This document shows, one piece after another, positions 1 to 11,544 of a stretch of DNA of 64,000 nt. Numbering within the stretch: position 1 is the first letter of the stretch; each line of letters opens with the position of its first letter. The translations under genes and the position numbers were made by a program. The notes beneath the pieces are model-generated. The model worked only from the letters and a program-made list of their open reading frames with translations, was not told where the DNA came from and made no database searches. Source of the stretch: Rhodosorus marinus CCMP1338 (taxonomy: Eukaryota; Plantae; Rhodophyta); assembly GCA_029953675.1 (NCBI GenBank), contig JAMWBK010000013.1, positions 806,001 to 870,000 on the forward strand, written 5' to 3'.

Positions 1-54
1 TACTGAATGTCTGGTTCATTCGTTTGCTAAAAAAAACAGGGGCTTTCTGGTCAC

Positions 55-841
55 ATGATGACAAAGCTTGCAAGGGAGCTCAGAAGCTTGCAAGATGAAC
101 CTGTTGACGGGGTCCGTGTACTAGTTAACGAGGGAAACCTATCTGTCGTCAAAGCTGAAATTGACGGGCCAGGTGAGTCAAGAAAGACAGCGTAGGATTC
201 TGAAAGCATTCGTCTACATTCTTCCTGACAATAGCAACATACAACCACTGGGATCTGGGGTTGGGGGTTACCATTTTATTTTGTATTTTTCAGTTGGAAC
301 ACCGTTCGAAGGAGGAGTTTTCAAGATGCGACTGGAATTCACTCATGAGTTTCCATCCGCTCCTCCCAAAGGCTTTTTCCAGACAAAGATCTTTCATCCA
401 AACGTTTCTGAAAAGGGGGAGATTTGTGTGAACACCTTGAAGAAAGATTGGAAGGCCGACTACGGCCTGAGACACATATTTCTCGTTATTCGGTGAGCAA
501 AGAGGTTGAAAGGGTGACATCAAAGACTGAACGGATGTCAATTTGACAAAACCTCTGAACGCTCTAGGTGTCTGTTGATCGATCCGAACCCGGAGTCGGC
601 TCTCAATGAGGAAGCGGGCAAATTATTGTTGGAATTCTACGATGAGTATGCGAAGATGGCGAAGTTGTGGACTGAAATCCACGCTCGAAGACGTGGTACG
701 GAGAACAGCGACGGGAACATTTCCAAGTTCAACTCTCAAACCTCTGCGGAATCCGAGTTGACCACGAAGTTGTCCGGTGGAAGTGTTGACTCTCAGTCCG
801 GAAAGAAGGAAGCAAGCAAGCGGCGGATGAAAAGATTGTAG
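55..841 (+). CDS. UBE2S: Ubiquitin-conjugating enzyme E2 S-like; exons ~40/55-172, 294-492, 568-841 (a short upstream exon may lie outside the window)
   Basis: Spliced translation gives [24 protein letters not shown]|[50 protein letters not shown]..|[22 protein letters not shown]. This is a UBC fold with catalytic Cys and the [16 protein letters not shown] signature of UBE2S. Introns are GT-AG and in phase. Confidence 0.9.
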
Positions 842-1655
842 ACAAAGAATAGAAGCATTTAAGCCACAAAGAAACAGAAACAGAACGAACCTTACAACGT
901 GAAAGATTGGCGATTCCAGCAAAAGGGTTTCCAAAACAGAGCAATATCTTTGCTCAAGAAAACTAACCAAGGATCAAGCGATTCTCTACAACAGACCAGG
1001 CGAAACAACGCCAGAGCGGAATCCAAGACCAGCCCGATTGAATATCCATCATCGTATACGACTATATGTATAATCGTATGCATTAGCTCCAAGGATCAAG
1101 GCTTGTTTCAAGTAGAACCCAAAGCGACCAGTCCCTACAACGACGATCCTGAGTCCTCAAAGCGCATCATCCGATTCAACAGATCATAGTACAAAAATAA
1201 GTATCATGTACTAATATTTAACTGGCCTGTGCTTGTACTAAGAATTCACCCGTTACTCTGCGAGGAAGGGGGGAGTTCAAGCCTTTTTTTCACATGCATA
1301 TTGGCCGACTATACCCCTTACCAATTTATTATAATTCCTATCCTTCGCATAACTCGAAATAAAAAGTACCCCTAATAATCTACAAATATGTGAATAATAA
1401 TTATATTTAAAAACTCGTATATAGGTTTTGGAATATGGTTTGAGGGGTAGTTATTCGAAAATAAACGAGGGGTACATATTAAAATGGAATTGGTGTGGAT
1501 CTATTTTATCAATGAGGTGGGGTGGGTGGGGGGGTAGGGGCTTAGAGAATAGATTTGTGGTGATTTTCGTTTGGTTCTCTGGAGGAATGACTTCTTTTTG
1601 GGTTTTTGAGCAGGTTGGGAGGGTGTCTGTTGGTTCGTGGAGCTGAACAGGACAG

Positions 1656-1709
1656 GGAAGGAGGAGAAGGAGGAGGAGGAGGAAGAGGAGGAGGAGGAGG
1701 AAGGAGGAG
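1656..1709 (+). repeat. (GAG/GGA)n purine-rich simple repeat upstream of UBC6
   Basis: Run of gaggaggag.. read directly from the sequence. Confidence 0.85.
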
Positions 1710-1879
1710 ACATATATCATATGAATGTCCTAAATGATAAGAATGGAATAATGATTTGAGTTATTCGACGAAGTACATTTTTAGATTCCCATAGTAGTCT
1801 TCTATTTAAGTATTATAGAGTAAGGCAGGAGGAGGACGGGGGGCGGAAAGGTGGGGGGAAGGAGGCTGAAGAGAAAGTC

Positions 1880-3057
1880 ATGTCTGCATGTGCTGTGGTA
1901 AGTCTAGGGTGTGTTTTCTCTCTCATTCTTGAGTTGAATTGGGAATGGGACTGCGTGGTTGGGTTGGGTTTTTGTTCCTGGGTTTCGAACTGTTTTTTTG
2001 CTGGAAGTTTGAGCGGGATTTTGCTTCCCTTTTTTTCTGGTTTGCAGAAGCGTTTGTCCGCAGAGCTGCGGAACGTCGAGAGGGATCCACCGCCTTATAT
2101 AACACCTCGACCGTTGCCCTCCGATATTTTGAAATGGTATTTTGTTATTCGAGGGCCGAAGGACACTCCATATGAGACGGGTATTTACATGGGGAAACTG
2201 GTATTTCCAGAAGATTACCCTTTCAAGCCTCCGGGTGAGCTGAGCTTTCATCTTGGATGCGTTTTCTTTGCTGCCTCCCCTGCTCCACAAATGCAGAATG
2301 CATACGTCCCTTCACGGGTCAATGTCGTGACCCGGGTTCCAAGACGATATGACCAGAGCTCTGTCTGAGAAAGGAGTTTCGTCTTCTTTTCTTATCGTTT
2401 GATCGTTGAACGGAGAAGCAATTTATATGTGCACTCCGAACGGAAGGTTTCGAACGAACGTGAAGCTTTGTCTTTCGATGTCAGATTTTCATCCGGAGAC
2501 GTGGAATCCTGTGTGGTCCGTGTCAGCGGTTTTGACAGGTTTGCTTTCATTTATGGTGGGCTCCGAGGACACTTTCGGTAGTATTGGGACATCTGAGGCT
2601 GAGAAAATGAAGATGGCAAAGGTATGGTTTATCAAGCAGTCCTAGTGGAATTCCCTAGTCTGAAGTACAAGTGATCATCTTCTCGCTTGTTCGTAGTGCT
2701 CCCACGAGTTCAACCAAAAGGACAGAATCTTCAAAGAACTGTTTCCAGATTTCATTAGGAATGGTGTGGAAAGAGGCGTACCTGGAAGAACCTCTGGCGA
2801 TTCCGTTAAGACAAAAACCTCCGGGGTAAGTTTCTTCGTACGTTCCTTTCCCCAGATTCAGCATCGAATGGGCTAAACCAAAATAGCAATTGTTCCACTT
2901 TCTCGGCCAATTCCAGCAGCTTCCCGAAGCTGATTCAAGAACGGGGAAGCCACCACAGGAAAGCGGGCTGGCGCTTATTTGGTGGATCGCCGTCCTGCTT
3001 GCCTTATGCTTTGGTGCCTGGAAGGTGTGCAGCGTGATTGGTGCATCGATGCCCTGA
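1880..3057 (+). CDS. UBC6: ER tail-anchored ubiquitin-conjugating enzyme (Ubc6/UBE2J family), about 5 exons
   Basis: KRLSAELRNVERDPPPYITPRPLPSDILKWYFVIRGPKDTPYETGIYMGKLVFPEDYPFKPP|AIYMCTPNGRFRTNVKLCLSMSDFHPETWNPVWSV.. and a last exon encoding a hydrophobic C-terminal anchor (GLALIWWIAVLLALCFGAWKV..MP*). Confidence 0.9.
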
Positions 3058-3272
3058 CCGACAAAAGGAAAATCAAGACGAGATGATATGGAAACCCAAG
3101 ACAAGCTCATAATATACCAAGGATAATAAAATTGACTTCTTACTGCTCGACTTACTCCAACTGTTCGTAACCAACGCTGTGATTCCTCAAAGCATTGGTC
3201 TGACTTACAAAGGCACCCTTATAGTCCTGCCAACTATCGTATCGAGCTGCAGAGCACAATTGCTGTATCACC

Positions 3273-3518
3273 TCACCAAGGCCCGACCTGTGTACCAGCC
3301 GGAACGAAGTCTACCGTCTGCACACCCTGAACGGCGTTTACCGTCTGCGGGACACCCTGAACGAACGATGCCGGCTCCGCACCCTGAACGAAGCCTTCTG
3401 CGTGTGCCTGAACCTGAACGCCTAACTGAACTTTCTCAGCAAGATGAATTTTCTGCATCAATGGAACCGCCATTGTGAACCCTAGCAGCGTCACAGGAGC
3501 TAAAGCACACAACCTCAT
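3273..3518 (-). CDS. Small secreted peptide-repeat protein, paralog 1 (81 aa; diversified ..VQG repeats)
   Basis: MRLCALAPVTLLGFTMAVPLMQKIHLAE is nearly identical to the N-terminus of the 35430-36119 ORF. It is followed by degenerate units AEGFVQG/AEPASFVQG/VPQTVNAVQG. The upstream ~500 bp is also homologous between the two genes. Confidence 0.65.
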   Translation of the reverse strand: MRLCALAPVTLLGFTMAVPLMQKIHLAEKVQLGVQVQAHAEGFVQGAEPASFVQGVPQTVNAVQGVQTVDFVPAGTQVGPW

Positions 3519-4365
3519 CAACAATGTTGTTCAATCCCCTCCCTCTGCACGAACTAGAAAACTTCTGCCGACTATCTACAAACTCGTTTACTCCTGCCCA
3601 AATTCAAATCTGAGCACGTATCACAATCTCTGGTTCTGGCAATGTACGACTTGTCACATATCCCTCATCCATCGCATACCAATCCTCAGGAGGCATCCCT
3701 ATGCTTATAACCCCAGGCCACGTATCCTCGCAAAGATCGTGGACCTTGCGGGCATTAAACGGTAGATGGGCTGAGCACAAATGTTTTTGTCCCTATGCCG
3801 TACCCAAATGAGTGTATTTACAATCAGAAAATTTATTTAGTCCGCGTGGAGGTTGCAGTCACTCAGGTCATTGCTATAAGCGGAACGGGGTACATTTCTC
3901 CATCAAGGAAGCATCGAACTGTTTCTTACTATGGTGTATGAACACTGCTTTGATGCTGTAAGCGCGTAAAGACCCCGCGCCTCCAGGGACAAAGCACAGT
4001 CCTTTTGCCCCCCGTTTTGTTTCTATTAAAATTATATAGGTGTTTCCTTCCTTTAAGAAATGTACCTCGTCCTGTCAATTGCAATGACCTCAGTGACTTC
4101 AACCTCCACGCTGCCTGATTGTACCATCAGTGCTCTCGCGGTTGAGCTTTTTAAGAAGGCGTATTTGATCCGTTTGGAAGTCTTCACTGTAATTTTCATA
4201 TTCGTTAATAATAAAGAGATTTTGGCCTTTGCAAAAGCGAATAATTTTCTAACGTAATTCAATGTCTATTAATAGACTTATCCGTTTTAGGGCCTGTTGT
4301 GTGTCGCAACAGAAATTTAGTGGATGGACGGATTTGCTTTAGTCCGACTAAATAAATTCATTCAG

Positions 4366-5350
4366 TGGTGGCAGTGGTGGTGGTGGTGGTGGTTTGACTG
4401 GAGTTTTATTAGCATAGCCTAAAGCGCTACGCAAGGCGTGAAAAAGGAACTAAGAACTAGGTGGGGAAGCGTGCAAACCCAGGCGCCGATAGCGCGCCTC
4501 GGCAATCAGCCTGCTGGAATATCGCCACAGAGAGACATTTAAACGGCGGAAGAGTTCCAACTATTCGGTAGGATGCTCAGCGAAACATTTCCGCGACCAC
4601 CCCAAACCCGACTTCTCCACTTGACCGAAGCTTTCCAGAATGAAAGGCTGGAACTGGTGGGAGCGACCCTCTGTGCGAGGCAGACTGGCCATACTCTCAG
4701 CATACCGTCGTTCCTACACTCGACGAAGGGCCGAAGCGGCTGCCCCCCGGCGGCGTGCGGCAGCAGTGAGATGGGCGCTTGCCACAGGGCATGTGATCGC
4801 GAGGGTCCACATATGCTGAGCGACTAGCGGCAGTGTCGGAGACGAGCAAATCTGCGTACACCGGGGCGGCGAAGTGTCCGAGACCGATCTGGGCAGTTCC
4901 GATTCCACCTCAACCGTGTGCCCTACCCGAGTCAAACATTCGCCGAGGATGTACTTGAAGCGAGTGTGACGCCTCGTACGCAGACCTCTCAACAGTCCGC
5001 ATGAACCCAACAAGTGGTGGCTACAAGCGTCAATCCAACTCTCACATCCCTGACAGAAAGACGGCCGATTAGAGTGCCACGGAGCTTGTGGCAAACCCAG
5101 GTAGATCCGCGCTGCAGAGCGAAACTGGAAGGCATCGAGACGGTGACCCAGTGACGAAGGTAGAGTGGTTAACCACAAGCGCGATAGATGGCCTCCCATG
5201 CACGGTGGTTTTACTAACATAGCCTGATGCGCTACGCAAGACGTAAAATGAAACTAGAGACTAGGAAGAAGAGCATGTAGTATGCACAGGCGACGGTGGC
5301 GCGCCTCGGCGAGCATTTTGCTAGAATACCGCCAGAGTGCGATACTTATC
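4366..5350 (-). mobile_element. Family A RLE-type non-LTR retrotransposon, 5'-truncated 3' fragment plus a second terminal stub (~5205-5350); (ACC)n tail
   Basis: CQGC..HHLLGSC zinc knuckle, RTRRHTRF, YVDLAITCP and FQPFILESFG endonuclease motifs. AATAAAA followed by an (ACC)n run at 4366-4394. Contains a frameshift and stops. Confidence 0.85.
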
Positions 5351-5479
5351 TGGTGCGGTGGAGCACCAGATATTCTTCAGGATGTTCGGTAAAACACTTA
5401 CGTAGCCACTCCAAGCTTGACTTTTCCAGATACCCAAAGATTTCCACAACAGGTATTTTTTTCTCGTTATCTAACGAAC

Positions 5480-6030
5480 TCTTTATAGTTCCGTATGTGA
5501 GGATTATTCGATTTTGTAAGCTTGCCTAATTTGCTTGAGCGTTTCCTCATAATCCCTTCAGCTGAACTATCTCAGCTTGATTTTTGCACCTCGTTTTACA
5601 GTTTTGATAAAACTCCAGTAAACCCTAAGCCCCGAGGAGCACTCAGAGTCCTGCCGCCTCCTCTGCGGTTTTTTTCTTTAATGAAATTTCGCAGTGATGC
5701 TGGTGGTTGTTTTGCTTGTTGTGATCGGATATTTCATGCTCAAGCGTAAATTCGTTTATAGACCCAATCCTATTGCTGCCGTCACTGAGTTTGCTCACAT
5801 ACGCTCGGATTTACTGCGTGGTGATAGGACTATGATAAAATCACTAGCACCGCGGTAAAAGCTTTGTTCAATATCATGAGATAATTAAGACCCGGCAAGG
5901 GATTCGAATCACGAAGAGGTGCTCAAAGAATACTGCCGCATGGTTTGCGACGGGTCCCTTAGCGCGATACTCGCGCACTGTCGAAATGCGTCGTGGTATC
6001 TGAGCAGACGAGAATAAAACCACCGTGTAT
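5480..6030 (+). repeat. Dispersed ~550-bp repeat X, copy 1
   Basis: Visible homology to 28040-28660 (+) and 30830-31400 (-). Confidence 0.75.
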
Positions 6031-6069
6031 GTGACGTTGGTGACATCAGTAAAACCACTGGGGTTTGAA

Positions 6070-6810
6070 GTAAACGCCTTTGTTCAATCGGAGACTGGAG
6101 AAAAATCCGAGGGGACAAAAACGCCTTTGTTCAATCGGAGACTGGAGAAAAATCCGAGGGGACAAAAAGACTATGTGCGGCGAAGATCGCGAGCATCCAA
6201 CATCTAAACAGCGTTCATACTCCACAGCAGGAAACTTAGACGGGTAAGCAACAGGGACAGATGGTCAGGGCGCTCGCGGAACAACTCCCGAAACACCAAC
6301 GAGAACCAACCGAAGAAATAAATCCAAAACACTCAATGACCAAAAATGGTATCAAGGTTTTGAACAAAACCGAAGCTCGTATTCCCCAGGAACATTCAAT
6401 GCGGCAACTGAAGGAGTCCCAGTACGCTGCAGCTATGTTGGACTCTATGCTCCGCGATTCGGCCTTGTCCTATCGGTTTGTTCCACTCATCATCGAGTGC
6501 TTTGGTTTAGTTGATTGTGTCGGCTCTCGCTGGCTTCGTGGGCTCTTTCGTCACAGCCCAAGTCGTCTTGATAGCCTCCTCACGGAGCTGTCCTTGACCT
6601 TATGGCGTTCCAACGCGGCCTTATTGTTCGACGCGCGTCATCAGCTCTTGTTTCTCGCTTCTCAGGGTTGTAGTTAGGCTCTGATAAACTGATGAGAACA
6701 TGTACATGAATGAATGAATTTGTTTAATCGGAGACTGAAAGAAAAAACGAGGGGAAAACAAACGTAACCCCACACTAAGAGCGGCGAAGATCGCGCACAG
6801 CCAATATCGA
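6070..6810. mobile_element. Cluster of 3'-terminal stubs: family C (-) at 6070-6330 with a tandem ~48-bp terminal duplication, family B (+) at ~6400-6695, family C (-) at ~6700-6800
   Basis: Terminal sequences match the longer copies. The B stub encodes RFVPLIIECFG..LWRSNAALLFDAR. Confidence 0.8.
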
Positions 6811-6862
6811 ACGAATGGTTTAATCGGAGGCTGAAAAAAAAAACCCCGAGGGGAAAAAAAGA

Positions 6863-9800
6863 CTAAGCGCGGCGAAGTACTCGCGCCTCCAACATCAAAG
6901 CGGCATTCATGCGCCACAGCAGGAAACTTAAGCGGGTAAACAACGATTGAAGACGGTCAGGGCGTTCGCGGAACAACTCCCGAAGCCAGCGAGAACCAAC
7001 AGAGTCCATGAACCCAAAGCACTCAATGATCGGGGGTACCAAGCGATGTGCTAGTGCCGAAGCACGAACACCAAGGGAAGAGTAAGCCCCCGCGTATTTG
7101 ATCTCTTTGCGGCGTCTCATGCTGGCAGCGGCAGATCCACGGCGCTCCCCCGCAGCCGGGAGATAACGACTAGCTTGAGGGTTAGGAACAGCAAGATCAA
7201 CGTATGTGGTACGGCGGCTGTCGTCACAGGTGATCACCAGGTCGGCTACACGGCGTTCATCATTTTGAAAGTCCGCGACGGGTAAAGGTTTCTCACGTTC
7301 GATTTCCAGACCGGCTTGCCGGACTATAGGCCGAAATTCCCGGTATAACAGGTTCAAGATCCGTGTATGGCGGCGGGTTCGCTCGAACCCGCCGCCATAC
7401 ACGGATCCGAGCACCTTTCACCGCCGGGCAACTAGCGAGCAGGTGGGCGCCAAAATCTGCGTTGTCTTCAGTCTGAGAGCAGAGAGGGCACGACGAACCC
7501 ATCTCGTACGGCCAAGGGGGCTGATGTAAGCCGAGGTATAAGCGCAGTGAAGTACGCACTTCGAAATCCGACAGTGTGAGTGGCGGAAAGGCTGGTACGG
7601 TCATGAGCCACTGAGAGCTAATAACCCCTCCAAGACTACGTAGGCGGGCGCGAGCGCGAGGAGTCGGCCATATGCAGCACGGTGCAAGTCCCAAGAAAGG
7701 ATATTTTGCAGCGCATCCGTGCGTGCTTGAGCTCGGCTCCCAACGCGCTGGGAATCATCAGGAGGATCAACTGGAACTTCTTCTTCTGCGGCAACCACTG
7801 GGTCAATCTCCCCTAGAACAGGTTCAGGCGCAGGACGAATCCCCGGGGCGGAGCCTCGAGAGCGGTCAAATACAGCTCGCCAGTCAGGAAGACGGGGTTG
7901 AACGGTTTCGGGGAGACTAGTACAGGAATTCAGGGCGGTTTGGAGCTCCAGAAACAAGTCTTGGGCGCTTTCCGGTACGCTGGGAAGCAAGACACCCCGC
8001 GAGAGGCTCGCCATCAAATTGCGGAACTTCGAGATACCCAAGCTGCTCAAAGTGGGAAGTGCGGTTCCCCAGGCCCCTACTGCGGCTGCAGGTTGGACCA
8101 CAACACGATTGCAGAGGCCCAGTCCCCCCAATCGCAATGGGAGGCCTACCTGGGCGCGCACAACATCACAGGTGGGTCGCGGCAGAGCGCTCAGCTCTTC
8201 ATCGAGAAAATACCCCAGGTCACGGAAACTTTCAGCATCCGCACGAGTGGCCAACCACCGGCCCCAATGAGTTGGAAGTGAGCGAAGCCAATAGGTTAAC
8301 CGCTGACTGCAACAATACCGAAACAGCAACAACGCGCACTGGAGAAAGCCCGGAGGGAGCCGTCGAAGCTCTGCAACCAGCTGTCTGTGCTTACCGAGGA
8401 GCTGCAGCAACTCGCCTTCAACGAAGGACGGCGACCCGTAGGGGATGCCTAAGTGGACAAAACCATCCGGTCTCCAAATATCCTGGAACGACGCAGGTAC
8501 CTGCTGCTCTTGTGCAGCTACACCTCCCCAGTAGAACGATTTGTGATGATTAACCTCCAAGTCAACCCGCGAAGCCAAGGAGCGGAGACGATCATAAGCG
8601 AGCGCTAGAGTATCAGGGGGCCCCAGGAGGCACACGTCGTCGTGGTATGCAACCGTACGAACCTGCGGGAATTAGGAGCGAAGACAAAGCAAGACGAGTT
8701 GTAGTCCTCAGGCATGTAGGAAAGGGGACAAGGGATCTCCCTGTTGTACCCCTGTGCGCGCCGCAAACGTGTGTGAGGAAGCGCCAAGGGTGTCATAGGT
8801 AGCCCCACGACCAAGCGGAGAATAAAGTCTACTAACAAAGGGAAAGCCTACAGGGAAGACTTCGCGCACCACGTGCATGAGAGCCGGACGAGAGACGCGG
8901 TTGAACGCATTGGTAAGATCTACAGAGAGGAGCCCAGAATCTGGTGAGTACGCCATTTCCGAACGGAGTAAAACAGACAACAACTCACAGCCACCACGAT
9001 AGCCCACGCCTAACTGCACGTGCCCAAAGAAACGGCGGGATTCGGGAACCAGGATTTTCACTAACCATCGCGCCGCCAATTTGCGGACCACCTCAACCAG
9101 GCCAATAGGGCGAATAGCAGGGCTCGAGGCCGTGTGGCCGGGCTTCGAAAACAGACACAACTGCGAACGCCCGACCAAGAACCACGCACACTCACACAGG
9201 GGATCACCATTCACAAGCGCTTCGACCACCCACGCCAACGCCTTCAAACCTTCATCACTTAAGAAACGGAGATATTCCACCCGCAGCCCCGAGGGCCCTG
9301 GGGAACGGCCCTTCGGAGCATCATGAACCAACTCACGCACCGCCTCCAGATTGACCACTAACCGCGCACTGGGATGTGGCGCGGCGCGGTACTCTTCCAA
9401 CACTGATTCAAACGAGGAGTCCCAAGGGGAGCCTTCCGAGGGAAAGAGCAAACGGAGCGGTGAAGAAAGATCATCGGAGTATGGAACCACAGGTTGCCGC
9501 TGCTGGAGGATCCCGGCTGCCCGCCGCAGATCACCGCCTGCCACCGCGTGACGCGCCCGATTCTGTCGAGAAGACCTAAAAGCTGAGGGAGCACTAGGAG
9601 AAAAGGAAGAGAGAGAAGCGAAATAAAGACGTTCGAGGTCCTCAAAGTCGCCGGAAAGGAACATTTGCAGTTTTCGGCGAGGGTGGACCCGGCGAGGATG
9701 TGGGTTGAGGGGGACGGTAGAGGAGGTGAGCACGAGGCGGGGAAAAAAGAACAAGAGTTCCCAGCGAAGAGAGCAGTGAGGGTTCGCGGCGACCTGCTGC

Positions 9801-10012
9801 CAGAGAAAATCCAACACCAATCCTAGGGGCTTATGAAGTCGACGAGGGAGCCGTACGGCCGTGCTCTGACGATAAAGGGGAAGGGAACCGTCCGGGTAGG
9901 AGGCGACAAGGTGCGAAAACCACGAGAGAACACGCTCATGCCAGGCTGAGCGGTCACTGGTAAACAGGGGTAACCGGGACGACACGCACGCGGAGGAGGA
10001 AGACTCAGACAT
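6863..10012 (-). pseudogene. Family C ORF2 (RT-CCHC-RLE), disabled
   Basis: Comparison with the 31.7-34.3 kb copy shows TGT>TGA at ~8708, a ~23-nt deletion/frameshift near 7660 and an inverted fold-back insertion at ~7382-7409. Confidence 0.85.
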
Positions 10013-11303
10013 CGGGCCTCCCCTCAGTCGGGAAGGCAGATCGAATATCCGGAGGAGGTGCCTCGGAGGGAGGCTCAGGAGCCGCACGACGCTTACGTGG
10101 GGGGCGCACGAAGGAACTAAAAGACCTGAAGAAAGTAGACACAGGGTTTTCAGCAGCGGAGTCTTGACTGAGGGTGTCCAGAGCCAGCGGATTCGGAGAG
10201 GCCGATGGTGCTTCTGCCATGTCGGTGTCACGAGCCTCGGAGACAGGGCGAGGGGAGGAAGGGTGCTCAGGAGTCGGCGGCAGAAGGTCAAACGCAGGGT
10301 GGGCTTCCAGCAGGGTGGCCTCAGTGGAAAGGAAGGCCTCTAGCGCGGTGCGGAGGACCCCGCGAGGAGGAAAACGCGCGAAGAGGCTCGCCTGTATGCG
10401 CGAGAGCCGCGCCGCATGAGTGTGTAGCGCGACAACCGAAGCCTGCGAGGCATCCAGGTTTTGCAAGGCCGACGGAGGAACCCAGCCGGCGTCAAAACGA
10501 TCGAACTCGACAAACAAAGAGACATGAGGACGAGTCAGTATCATGTTGGCCAGAGCAGAGCGCTGGGGCGCGGGGGTGGTTACAAGCGATTGAAGGAACT
10601 GGTAAGCCGAGTCAGTAACAAGAAAACAGGCATGAGGGCCCGTGAAGTCCACATATAGGAATTCAGACGGGGCGACCGCAAGGGAGGAAGCCATGGTGTC
10701 GCGAAAATCGCGGTAGTGGACGGGCGCGCGGCCCCGACCACGAGAGGGGGTCTGGGGACGCACGTTCGTCATCCAAACAAAGTGGAACGGAGATAGTTGG
10801 CGAGAAGAGTCAATGGGGATGTGTTGTGGCATCATACGCACCATTGCCGTCGTGCGTTGTTCAGAAGAGCCCCTGCGCAGGACCTGCGAATAGGTCGGAC
10901 GTGGGGCACTGGAGGGAGCAGGATTCGGGCCCGACGCGGGCCCAGGAGGCGTCTGTCCTTGAATAGGGGTAGGCCAGTCGGAATCAGGAATGACCGGAGC
11001 GGAGCGCTCGGGTCGGGTGTAGGCAGGCCCCGCTGTACCGTGCGGATCCGCGGGGACGGGCACCGGGGGGTATGGGGCAGGCGCGGAGGCGGAGAAGCGC
11101 TCCAAATAGGCGATCAGCAGGGGCAGGCGGTGTTCCTGGGAAGCAGTCACAAGAAGACTCGTCAGTTTCGAGCAGATCCCATGGGCTAACTCGTCAGCGC
11201 AGTCCGTGAGGGTGGCCGCGGTACTCAACCCGCCTACGCTGAGCTCCACACGCGCTGAGAGAACGGCTCCGTCCGCCGGAATGGGTGGGGAAACCCGAGC
11301 CAT
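10005..11303 (-). CDS. Family C ORF1, ~432 aa Pro-rich putative nucleic-acid-binding (gag-like) protein
   Basis: Long open frame directly upstream of the RT ORF. Homologous blocks (TYSQVLRRG, HYRDFRD, PSEFLYVDFxGPHACFLV, VSLFVEFDRF) recur in family B (24.0-24.5 kb) and at 51.8-52.3 kb. Confidence 0.75.
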   Translation of the reverse strand: MARVSPPIPADGAVLSARVELSVGGLSTAATLTDCADELAHGICSKLTSLLVTASQEHRLPLLIAYLERFSASAPAPYPPVPVPADPHGTAGPAYTRPERSAPVIPDSDWPTPIQGQTPPGPASGPNPAPSSAPRPTYSQVLRRGSSEQRTTAMVRMMPQHIPIDSSRQLSPFHFVWMTNVRPQTPSRGRGRAPVHYRDFRDTMASSLAVAPSEFLYVDFTGPHACFLVTDSAYQFLQSLVTTPAPQRSALANMILTRPHVSLFVEFDRFDAGWVPPSALQNLDASQASVVALHTHAARLSRIQASLFARFPPRGVLRTALEAFLSTEATLLEAHPAFDLLPPTPEHPSSPRPVSEARDTDMAEAPSASPNPLALDTLSQDSAAENPVSTFFRSFSSFVRPPRKRRAAPEPPSEAPPPDIRSAFPTEGRPDV

Positions 11304-11544
11304 AACGATTGGAAGGTGTGAAAAACCGATTCCCCCACGAAACCCCCAAAAAGAGAACTTGTTCCCAACGTTTGCAACCAAAGAAAAACCACCACGACCT
11401 CCAAGGGGCGCTAGCAACCCCCAGCACGCACCACACCACTAGAAAATGCGGGGGAAAGGTTGCAGAAAGAAGCGCCTCGCACCGAAGAACACAATTGCGA
11501 CTCAAAACCACCAAAAGCCAGCACCATACACCCTCACGAAACCA

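Larger units (their letters stand above)
3273..6330 (-). repeat. Left arm of an old inverted segmental duplication (partner 30600-36119)
   Basis: The same blocks occur in reverse order and orientation at 30.6-36.1 kb: peptide gene, upstream region, GCGTGGAGGTTGCAGTCACTCAGGTCATTGC motif, family-C stub, GTCTATTAATAGAC palindrome, repeat X, family-C stub. Confidence 0.8.

Noticed and set aside
899-1720. Short ORFs between UBE2S and UBC6
   Set aside because: Low-complexity or UTR/promoter-like sequence with no recognisable domain.
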